From a virus, in the IMG/VR virus record IMGVR_UViG_3300031812_000001, positions 2,474 to 66,473 of that record: DNA of 64,000 bases; one strand, given 5' to 3'. Below the pieces are notes generated by a model. It did no database searches, was not told the DNA's origin, and saw only the letters and a program-made list of their open reading frames with translations. Numbering within the stretch: position 1 is the stretch's first letter; every line of letters begins with the position of its first letter. The position numbers and the translations under genes are program-made. Positions 10,210 to 20,200 of the stretch are shown here, piece by piece.

Positions 10210-11052
10210 TTGACTCAGAGTAAAGCGATTTTAGTCGTCTCGGATCTCCACTGCGGAAGCATCTATGGGATGCTGCCGCCCGGGTTCAAGACCTCGGACG
10301 GGAAGATCCTTGGACAGAACAGCGGCCAAAAGTATTTGTGGAAATGCTGGCAGGAACTTTCCGCGAAAGTGGCCAGGCTGCCCATTGCAGCCGTAGTGAT
10401 CAACGGTGACATCGTGGACGGACGCCAGCAGGCGCAGCGCGGCACGGAACTGGCCCTGCCGCTGGTGGAAGATCAATCCGCGGCAGCCGAGATTGTTCTG
10501 TTGAACCTAATCTCTGGACTGCCCAAGAAGCCGAAGCTGTACTTCACTCAGGGAACGGAATTTCACGACCAGCGGGCAGGCCGAGAAGTCGAGGTTGTGG
10601 CTCGGGCGATGGGCGCCATCCCGTACTCTGGCGCTGGAACTGGGCGCTACTGCCGCGAGGTTTTGGACTTGGAGGTTGACGGGGTGGTGATCAATTTTGC
10701 GCACGGGATCTCCGTCGCCGGCGGACTTTACCGGGCCACGGCGCCAGACCGCGAGGGAGTGTGGTCAGCCCTGGCCGGCAAAGAGGGCAAGCTGCCTCGC
10801 GCGGATGCGGTTATCCGCAGTCATGCGCACCATTTCGTCCACGTTGAACACCAAAGCAAGCACATTGCCATCACTCCGTGCTGGCAATTGCAGACGCGCT
10901 ACATGCGCAGGCACTCCGTCTACCGAATGTTGCCGGACATAGGCGCCTTGATTCTGTGGATTGACGGCGCCGCCAAACGGAACGGCGGAGACGGAGTGTT
11001 CATTGAGAAGATACTGTGGCCATTGCCGCCAATTGGGACCGTAAAGCTATGA
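10210..11052 (+). CDS. Calcineurin-like metallophosphoesterase
   Basis: SDLHCG, NGDIVDG, GTEFH, AHG and RSHAH metal-binding motifs. TTG start with GGAGG RBS. Confidence 0.8.
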   Translation: MTQSKAILVVSDLHCGSIYGMLPPGFKTSDGKILGQNSGQKYLWKCWQELSAKVARLPIAAVVINGDIVDGRQQAQRGTELALPLVEDQSAAAEIVLLNLISGLPKKPKLYFTQGTEFHDQRAGREVEVVARAMGAIPYSGAGTGRYCREVLDLEVDGVVINFAHGISVAGGLYRATAPDREGVWSALAGKEGKLPRADAVIRSHAHHFVHVEHQSKHIAITPCWQLQTRYMRRHSVYRMLPDIGALILWIDGAAKRNGGDGVFIEKILWPLPPIGTVKL

Positions 11053-11342
11053 GCTCACAGGGTTTTTCTTGGGAGAAGTTCTGGGCTGAACTTGATCAGT
11101 ACCAGAGGTCGCAGACGGTGGCCCCAGAGGGCGCCTTTTCGGTCAACGACTACGCCAAACGCTACGGGATTCCGAGAGAAACAGCCAGGCGTCAACTGGA
11201 GGGGCTAGTTGAGTCTGGGTTGCTGAGAACCAGAATGGTGCTCTTGCCGAGCGCCTCTGGAGTACGTCGCACGACCAGGCTGTTCTGGCCCGCTGAATTG
11301 GAAACGGAGAAGAAAGCCAATGCCAAAAAGCCCAAGCGTTAG
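11049..11342 (+). CDS. Small winged-HTH protein
   Basis: FSVNDYAKRYGIPRETARRQLEGLVESGLL. ATGA coupling. Confidence 0.6.
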   Translation: MSSQGFSWEKFWAELDQYQRSQTVAPEGAFSVNDYAKRYGIPRETARRQLEGLVESGLLRTRMVLLPSASGVRRTTRLFWPAELETEKKANAKKPKR

Positions 11343-11784
11343 CTGGCGGCCGGCGACGCCGGAGGACATCCCGTCCCTTGAACCGCTGGCTCGACAATTC
11401 TACGAAGAATCGGTCAACCTCAAGGACCTTGATTGGGATCGGTTCCGGCAATTGTGGGAAGTTCTTCTGGGCAACCAGGTTGGTTTTATCGCGGTCGCCG
11501 AGAGGGATGGGCAGATCATTGCCGCGATTGGCGGGGTTATCTACCCGGACGCCTACAGTCAAAAAATGATTGCCACCGAGTTTTTCTGGTTCGCCCTGAA
11601 AGAACATCGTGGCTTTGGGTTGCCCCTGCTGCGAATGTTTGAGCAATGGGCGGCCTGCCAAGGCGCATCTGAGGTTCGCATGGTTCACTTGTCAGACGTG
11701 ATGTCGGACAAGCTGTCTCGGGTCTACCGGAAATTGGGCTACCGCCCGATAGAAACCCACTACGCAAAGGAGGTGTCGTCATGA
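11320..11784 (+). CDS. GNAT-fold virion assembly protein
   Basis: RPATPEDIP...EFFWF..KEHRG..GL.LL..FEQWA...VYRKLGY. GNAT genes typically precede podovirus ejection genes. Confidence 0.75.
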   Translation: MPKSPSVSWRPATPEDIPSLEPLARQFYEESVNLKDLDWDRFRQLWEVLLGNQVGFIAVAERDGQIIAAIGGVIYPDAYSQKMIATEFFWFALKEHRGFGLPLLRMFEQWAACQGASEVRMVHLSDVMSDKLSRVYRKLGYRPIETHYAKEVSS

Positions 11785-12599
11785 TTGGAACAACCACCGC
11801 CCTACTGCTGGCCGGAGGGCTTGGACTCGGAGGCAAGGCCTTATCCTCTCTCATTACATCAAGGGCAGCCCAGCAAGCAGCGGAAACTCAAGCCAGAGCC
11901 GCGCAGCACGCCGAAGATGTTGCCAACACGCAGGCGGGCTATATCTACGACACCGCCATGAGCATCAAGGACAACATCCTGGATGCAGGGAAGGAGGCGC
12001 AAGAGAAGCTCTCGGGGTCCTACGGAGAGGGACGCAAGGCCCTGTCTCCCTACATTCAGGCCGGGGAAGAGTCCCTCGGCGGACTTCTGAATCTTGCCCA
12101 AAAGGGCCTCTCTGCGCAAGACGTGTACGCCGACCCAGGCTATCAGTTCCGGTTGCAGGAGGGCGAGAAGGCGCTTCAGCGCTCAGCGGCAGCCAAGGGT
12201 GGAGCGCTTGGCGGCGCAGCGACGAAGGCGCTGGCCCGATACTCACAGGGACTCGCCTCTCAAGAATACCAGAACGCATTCAACCGAAAGTATGGCCTGC
12301 TGTCAACCATTACCGGCTTTGGACGGTCGGCGGCGTCAGAGGCGGCGGACCTTGCTCGATGGTACGGAACAACGTCCGCCACCTCCAAAATGGACACGGC
12401 GGTAAAGGCCGGACAGTTCGCTATGGGCGGAACGAGCGAGGCGGCAAACATGCGGCTCCGTGGCGCCGAATACGGCATCGCCGGAGCAAACGCAAGAGCA
12501 GCCGGAACGGTCGGATCTGGCAATGCTTGGGCGGCTGGCATTGGCGGGGCTACAAAATCAATCCAGGACGTGCTCATTCTTCAAGCGCTCTTGAAGTAA
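11781..12599 (+). CDS. DNA ejection protein (P22 gp7-like)
   Basis: Gly/Ala-rich. PYIQAG and DPGYQFRLQEGEKALQRSAAAKGG.LGGA..KAL.RY.Q.LASQEY motifs. Confidence 0.8.
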   Translation: MIGTTTALLLAGGLGLGGKALSSLITSRAAQQAAETQARAAQHAEDVANTQAGYIYDTAMSIKDNILDAGKEAQEKLSGSYGEGRKALSPYIQAGEESLGGLLNLAQKGLSAQDVYADPGYQFRLQEGEKALQRSAAAKGGALGGAATKALARYSQGLASQEYQNAFNRKYGLLSTITGFGRSAASEAADLARWYGTTSATSKMDTAVKAGQFAMGGTSEAANMRLRGAEYGIAGANARAAGTVGSGNAWAAGIGGATKSIQDVLILQALLK

Positions 12600-12630
12600 A
12601 CCTAAGTTCAGAGAAAAGAAAGGAGAAATC

Positions 12631-14193
12631 ATGCCTGTCGATGCATCCATCCCGCTGCGGGTTCAAACCGCGGACATTCCTTCTCCGCTCGATGTCTACG
12701 GGCGCTACCTGGGATTAAAGTCTGCCATCACAAGAGACAAAATCGCGGACATCCAGCTCCGCGATCTTCAGCGTCAAGAGAACGAGATTCAGCAACAGAA
12801 AAAGGACGAAGATGTTATCCGGCAGGCCCTTGCGGACGTGAATGGAGACTGGACCAAGCTCCCAGAGGCGGTTGCGGGCAAGGTTTCTCCGCAAACCTAC
12901 TCGAAGTTGCTCGCCGACATCGAGGCTCACCGCAAGCGCGTCTTGGACTCCAGCAAGGAACAGCTCGAGCTTGATCTGAAGAAGATGCAGGCGCTCGGGT
13001 CCATCGCCGGAAGCATTCAGGATGAGAATACCTACAAGGCTGGAGTCCAGCGGGCATATCAGATGGGACTGCTGGATAAAGATCAGGCTGAACGTCTCAT
13101 TGGCCAGCCCTGGAACGACGAAACCAAGTCTCTGGTGGAGCAGTTTCGGCAGTCCTCTCTCAGCGCCCAACAGCAGCTTGAAAATTCGATCAAGTATTGG
13201 GAGCAGCAAAGGGCCGCCCAGCGGCAATCAGCCGAACTGACCGGGATTCAGGCAGACGTTGAGCGCAAGCAACTGGAGAACGCCGCGTCGCAACTTGCCT
13301 CAGCCACCAACGCGCAAGAGTATCAAGCGATCTGGGAGCAACTCCCGGCTGGGATTGCGTTGAGATTTCCGAGGCCAGACCAATGGAACAAAGAGACCCC
13401 CAATCGGGTTCGGCTCATGGGCATGGCGCCCAAGGATCAAGCCGAAGCGCTCAAGGCATCCCGTCCGTTCCTTCAGGAGGGGGCGACGGGAACCTATCTC
13501 GTGGACCCGAACACCGGCGAAGCCAAGGAGGTCAAAACCCCCGCCGGCGAGCCCATTGTGAAGCCTGGATCTGTCCCGAGAACCCCTGAGGGGATGACCA
13601 TCGGGCAGGCCATTCGGAGGGCCGATGACGCCAAAAGGGAACACGACGAGCTCCAAATGAAGGAGCAAGAGCTTCACTCGAAGCGCATCAGGATTGGCCA
13701 AGCCATAACCGCTCTCAGAAAGGCTCAGTCCGAAGGGAAAGACCGCTATGTCGCCCCGGACGGGAAGGAATACCCAGCCACCGAAGAGCAGGCAAACGCA
13801 TTGGGGGCGGAGCTGGAGGGCGCGACCCGGCTCATTGACGTTCTGCAACGCCGCCAGCGAGACATCCGGGCTCAATTTGGCTGGGGCGAGTTCGGAAGAT
13901 CACCGCAGTTCGGAGCCCCGCCCTCGGACCTGGCGGAGAATTCTGGCCCGGAGCTTCCCAGCAAGTTTCGGTGGATGGCCTATCCTGCCAAGGTTGTGGA
14001 TTCTGAACAGCAGTCAAACGCCCAGGGGCCCGTCCCAAGCGTTACTCAGGACACGAAGATTCCAGCACGCGGGACCCCTGAAGGCAGACAGCGGATACGG
14101 GTTCGGCTGGCAGACGGGCGGACCGGCACCATCGAGGCCAGTGAATTCGATCCGAACACAATGACGAGACTCCCCTGGACACAGGTTCGCTAG
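12631..14193 (+). CDS. DNA ejection protein (gp20-like position)
   Basis: MPVDASIPL start, Q/E/A-rich coiled coil, between the gp7-like and giant genes. Confidence 0.6.
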   Translation: MPVDASIPLRVQTADIPSPLDVYGRYLGLKSAITRDKIADIQLRDLQRQENEIQQQKKDEDVIRQALADVNGDWTKLPEAVAGKVSPQTYSKLLADIEAHRKRVLDSSKEQLELDLKKMQALGSIAGSIQDENTYKAGVQRAYQMGLLDKDQAERLIGQPWNDETKSLVEQFRQSSLSAQQQLENSIKYWEQQRAAQRQSAELTGIQADVERKQLENAASQLASATNAQEYQAIWEQLPAGIALRFPRPDQWNKETPNRVRLMGMAPKDQAEALKASRPFLQEGATGTYLVDPNTGEAKEVKTPAGEPIVKPGSVPRTPEGMTIGQAIRRADDAKREHDELQMKEQELHSKRIRIGQAITALRKAQSEGKDRYVAPDGKEYPATEEQANALGAELEGATRLIDVLQRRQRDIRAQFGWGEFGRSPQFGAPPSDLAENSGPELPSKFRWMAYPAKVVDSEQQSNAQGPVPSVTQDTKIPARGTPEGRQRIRVRLADGRTGTIEASEFDPNTMTRLPWTQVR

Positions 14194-14201
14194 GAGGTTA
14201 G

Positions 14202-17200
14202 ATGTCGAACGTTCCTGCTTCCTTTATCCCAGATCCAACCCCAGACGAGGTCAAAGCCGAACTGCAACGGGCCGCTCAGCGCTATGGGGTTGACCCGAAC
14301 CTCGTGATAAGGGTTGCCCGTCAAGAGAGCGGCTTCCGAGCGGACCTTGCCAGTCCCAAAAACGCCCTGGGCATTATGCAACTTTTGCCCGGCACGGCCA
14401 GAGACCTTGGGGTTGATCCCGCAGACTGGCGGCAAAACATTGACGGCGGCGTTCGGTACCTCAGGCAAATGCTGAACCGCTATCAAGGCGATCTTCAAAA
14501 GGCTCTTGCCGCCTACAATGCCGGCATGAAGAACGTGGACCGATACGGCGGGGTTCCACCGTTCGAGGAAACGCGCAAGTATGTGAGGGCAATTACCGGA
14601 ACCCCGGCCACCTTTATTCCAGATGAAGGAAGCAAACCAACCGAGACCAAAGACCCGGCGCCCGGATATCGGGAGCCGAAGAGTTTCTCTCTGGACGAGA
14701 CCTTCCAGGCGCCAGCGGCGGATGGATTCCCGGAAGGCGTCGAGTCCGAGTCCAAGCCCCCAGAACCATTCGCTGGCCGAATTCCGAGCGCGGATGAGAT
14801 TGAGGCTGCGTCCATACGTATCAGCACGCTGAAGACCGTTCTGCAAAGCCAAGCGGAGGAACTTCGGAAGCGACAACAAGAACTCGCAAAAGAAGCGGAG
14901 CGCCTTAACTCCGTGGGGGCCACGCCTGAGCAGCTACAGGACTTCCAGCGCCGAGTCATGCTTCACGATGCGGACCGAATGCAACTGGAGCATGGCTTGA
15001 GGTCCCTTGAGGAACAGGTGAAGGATTACAACGCCGGGGTTTCAGCCTTCCAGGAAAACCTCAAGCGGTATGAGAGCCTGACTGTCCCGCCGGGCGCGGA
15101 GAAAACCGGGCTCCCCGGCGTCCCGATGCAGGTTCGTGAACCATCGAGAGGCGTTCCAGCCCAGGTGAAGGTCGGCAGGGGCGGCGCCGAATATGGCTAC
15201 GTTCCGCCGGAAGATGTCCCAAAGGGCGAGTTTCGGGACTACATGACCAAGGTTTTCACGGGCCAAGTTGTTGATGAAGCCCTCGCCCCCAAGCCAACCG
15301 ACACCACCGCCGAGTCCATCGCAAAGGGTGTCGTTAAGGTCGGCCTTGGCCTTGTCAGTCCTCAGGCATTGGCCACGATGTTGGCCGCCGGGGGACTCGC
15401 GGGCGCCCTTCGTGCAGCCGTGAATTCTCCGAAAGTAGCCAATGCCTTGAGCCGCCTCCCCAATTTTACTGGGATCATGAAGGCCACAGAGGTTGCCGCT
15501 GAGACTGCGGTCCCGGCGGCCTTTACCGCTCTGGCCGGAAAAGGCGCAGTAGAAGGAGCCCTTGCCACAAAATCGGCCTTCGAGAAAGGCGAGACCCCTG
15601 CTGCAACCCAGTACACGGTAGAGACCATCGCCAATGCAATTTTGGCCGCGCTGGGCGCCGCTGGAACAGCGAAGGCATACCTCAGAACAACTGAGGCATA
15701 CCCGGCTGGGCCGATACCGGAGTCCGACGCCGCCAGATACAGAAGGCTGAAGACCGGAGTTCAAGAGGGTTCGGCCCTTATGCGGTCTGGCCGAACAATG
15801 GCTGCGAAGGCTTGGCTGGAACAGGCAAGGCGGATTGCAGAAGAAGATTGGGCCAAGGTGTTTTCCGAGCCGATTCGACTACAGCTTGGTCAAAAGGTGG
15901 TCCGGGTAGAGTTTGCCGGCTCCACTCAGCCGAAGACCCATGATATGCGTGGTAGGCCCATATTCCAGGTTGTGGACGAGTCAACCGGAGCCATATTGAC
16001 CAGTGGCGAACCATCAAGCGTCGCGCATTACCTTGAACATAGAGGGGCCAAACGGATCGCTGCGCCCAAAGAGGAAGACGTTGCAAGCAAAATCGCAGAA
16101 CTTGAGGATGAACTTGCGGATGCCCGAGCTGCGGTTGAAAGTCGAAATTGGATCAGGACTGCCTCAGAGCAAGAGCTTCTGAAAGAAAAGGATCGGCTGG
16201 AGCGCTTCCTTGCAAAGGTCAGGGAAGTCAAGTCTTCGGGCCAAACCCCGAAAGATGAGGCTACGGTCTTTTCTGTTCAGCAAGATCTTGAACTGATTTC
16301 CCGTCGCCTTGCCGGGAAAGACGTTCCGCCAGACACGTTTTCGGAGCTGGAGGTCAAGGAACTCGAAGCTGAAATCAACAGACTGCGATCAAAGCCGGAT
16401 GCCGCGCAGGGCGGCAGCGCCACTCCCCAGACCCCCGGCACAGAACCGGCGCAAGCGCCGGGCGCAGAGCCGATGCCAGAGCCGGGAAAGGTTTATCTGG
16501 GAAGGGCTGGAGAGGTTAAGGTCGTTGAGGTCAAGGATGGCCACGTACGCTTTGAGCGCACGATTGGCAAAACCACCGTCATTGGCACCATGCCGCTGGA
16601 TTCCTTCCAGCGTAGTTTCACGAGGCTGCCTGAAACTGGTCAGGCGCCAGCCAGCGCGACGCAGACTCAGCAGCAACGGCCAGAGACCGGAACTCCGACC
16701 AGCGAGACGCCGCAGGCGCAATCATCCACAGCCCCATCCGAACCCGAGTCTACAGAACCGCCAACCACCCCAGAGGGAAGAATTGCCGATCACAAAAATC
16801 CTCAACCGGGCGACGTGTTTGAGATTCCGGGAGCCGGAAAGTTCCACGTCACGAACGTTGATTCGGAACGGGTCTACTATGATTTCTACCCGCACAACAA
16901 GAACAACAAGGTCAACAGGGGCCTTTCATTAGAACGCTCTGTGTTTGCCGGCTACAAGAGCATCAGGCCAGTTCTGTTCGAGCCCACGCAAGCCACAACT
17001 GCTGGCGCCGCCCAGTCCCATGAGGGGGCGGTCAGGGCGCGTTTGCCTCGTGATCTGGCCGGAGCCACCCCTCGCTACAACTACGGTTCGAAGTCATTTG
17101 AACTCCAGTTTGAGTCTGATCTTGACCGAGCCGCCTACATCGCCGCTCAACCCAAGCCGTCCAAGCGCGACGAAGACTACGTGCGCTTTGTATCCGAAGC

Positions 17201-20200
17201 GACTGGGATGAGCGAAGATGAGGTTCGGGCATACGGCAGACGAGTTCGAGACGCGATTAAGGGGTTGGCCAAGGGCTCAGAGTCGGGCAAGTTATTGATT
17301 CCTGATGATATCTCCGGCCAATTCCTGAGGCCGACCGCTCAAACTCCAGTGGGGGCCACGCAGACCCAGCCCGCTCCTCAGGAAGGTCCGGCTGCCCAAT
17401 CCACCGAACCAGCCACAGCCGTCCAGTCCCAGACCACCGAACAGACAGGTGCGCCGTCACAAGCGGAGTCCCCCACTGTTCAAAGCGCTCTACCGGAACC
17501 GCAGCCCGGTCAGGTCTACGAGGACGATTCCGGGTTAGTGAAGATCGTTGAGGTTCGTGATGGCCGGGTTGTCTATGAAGACGCCAGGGGCAGCGGGGAC
17601 CGCTGGACCAGAGGACTGGAGGCGTTCCTCAAAACCTTCCGTGGTCCGATTTTGCCCGCCCCCTCCGGGCCACGGGCGTCGTCTTCTGCGGCCCACACGG
17701 CTCCAGTAACGCCAGCTCCGACCGTTCGGCCAACGGCGACAACTGAGCCAGCTCAAACTGGCCAGCCCACCGAGACCACCAAAACCCCTGCGTCTTTCAT
17801 CCCTGACGAACCACAGCAGGCAGCCGAACCCCAGGCCGCCGAGACTACAGAACAGCAGGCCGGGGCCACGCTGGTTCAACCCCCCGCTCTGCCGTCTCAG
17901 CCTGAATCTAAGACTACCGAGACTCCAATTCAGACCGAGGGGATCTCGACCCCAGCAACGTTTGTCCCGGACCAGCGGATAGCATCGGGAGCGGAGTCTC
18001 CGTCACCTGCGAGGGGCGCATCCACGAATCGAAGGATTGAAGACCTCAAGGCCAAGATCAACATACTGGAGGGCGCCAACGCGAGACTTCTCGCGGCCTT
18101 CGCAGACAAGGATCACCCCGCCATTGTCGAGAACAACCAGAGCATTTCAGGGGCCAGAAAAGAACTGGAGCGTCTCCAGTCAGAAGGAGCCGCTCCACAG
18201 GAACCGACGCGGACCGAATCACCGCTGCCAGAGCTGGAACGCCAGATCGTCGAGCTGGAAAGCGACCTGAGGGATGCCTCTGCCAGGTATGAGCAGGCCG
18301 ACGAATACACGGTAGCCAGGGAAGAAGCTCTCCGCGACATGTACGAGATCTCCACAAAGCTAGACGCGCTTCGTCAAGAGGCGTCCCGGTTTAATCCGCT
18401 TCTGGTGGAACAAGAGGGTGCGCACCCACACCTTGGACTGCCAGAAATTCCACGGGGGAAGGACAGCTTCTACGACAGCATGATGGCTGAGGTCCCAGAC
18501 TTGGCACATGCGGCCTCAGAGTCCTATGGCTACGAATACGAAAAATGGCTTAAGGGCGGCAAGAGCGGCTCTCCGCCAAAGATCCCTTCCGGGACTGAGG
18601 TTGTGCAGAGGGAGTTTGCTGAGTACCCGGAGAAGTGGCGCAAGGCCGCCGCCCGCCGGTTCGACAACCGGTTCCTGGAAGACGCCCGGAATTTCTTGCA
18701 AGGCCTATATCGAGAGGGGGACATTTCAGAACTTCCTCCTGAATTGTTCCCCGAAGAGGCGGCATCCAAGCCACAGCCAACCCCCGCTGAACAGCTCCCG
18801 GCCCAGCCGGAGGGGGCCGGTCTACAGGAGCCTGAACCCCAAGCCGCCGAGACTTCTGAACCGGAATCCAGGTCTCCCGCCGAGACAGCGGCGCAGCCGT
18901 CTCCGCTGGCACAGATGACGCCAGCCGCCGCTCAGCCCACAGAGGCCAGCCTGCGCCCCTTTGCCGGCGCCGCCGAGTCCGTCATGGCGCAAGGCCCGTT
19001 CTCCAGAGCCACCCCGCCAGTGGGAACTCCAGAGAGGCAGGCGATGGTCGAGGGGGTGGAGAATGCCAGGAAAGACTACGAGCAGAAAGTCTGGGCTCTC
19101 AATGATCTCTATCGGGATCTGAACAAAACAAGTCCCAGGAGCCCGCTCTACTCGGAGATTGAGGACAAGATCTCCAGGCAGGCGATGGTCGTTGATGCCG
19201 CCAAAGAAGAACTGGAGGCCAAGAGAAGGTCTGTCGGCCTCGCCTTGCTCGAAGATGCGGCTGAAGCCAGCGGCAGTCCATTTCACAAAATCCTCGGACA
19301 CTTGCACCGATTCGGGACTGACCTAACTCAAGACCAAAGGAATGTTCTCCTTCGGGCAGCGGAAGAGGAAGTCCGCAGGCTCATGGCGCAGGTCAACACT
19401 GGCGGCTTAAGGTACGATGCCGAACTTACTCCGGAACAGCGAGAGCGGTCCATCCGCGCCGCCGCGCACGGTGTCGTCGCCCGCGCCCATGAGAATCCAG
19501 AGGTTGCGGCCAAACCGCTGACTCCAGAGGACCTAGCAACTGAAATTGACCGGCAACAGGACGAGATCTTTGCAGAAAAAGTCAAGGACCAGATCCGTGA
19601 AATCGCTCGGGAGCTTCGTGAGGCGGGCATAGACGGCGCGGACGAGATCAGCCGGCTCGTTGACTTTGTTCTACCGGGAGAAGATCATCGCGGGAGCCTG
19701 GAGAGTGCTCGGGCTAGAGCCAAGGAATTGAGGGAGAAACACGAGCAACGGGAACGGGAAAAAGCAGAGCGACAGAAATCTTTGATCGAGTCTCTGAAAC
19801 CCCTGTCCGAGGCCCCGAAAGGGACGTGGAAGGATTGGGGCGGAACGGCCTCTGCTCCCGGGCGTTTGGTTACAGATGGAGTTTTTATCTTTGATCGAGA
19901 GGCAGTAAAGACAAAGATCCCGGACTCTGTTCTCAAGCGACAAGAGGGCAAGCGCGAGGTATCACAGGAGGATGCGCGAAAACTCTGGACTCAAATCGTT
20001 GGGTCTGCCGGACAAGAACTGGTTCCGCTAGGGGCCGTCGCGGACCCGGAGCGCTCGTATTCCGACTTTGCGTTCTTTGCAACCCCTGATGGAACCAAGC
20101 TATATCCTGCCCCGCTCAAGCTTGTCAAACTTGCTTTTGACAAGATCGGCGCCACGTCTGCGCGCTCCGCTCTTCATAGATATAGGGGTCAGGGTCGGAC

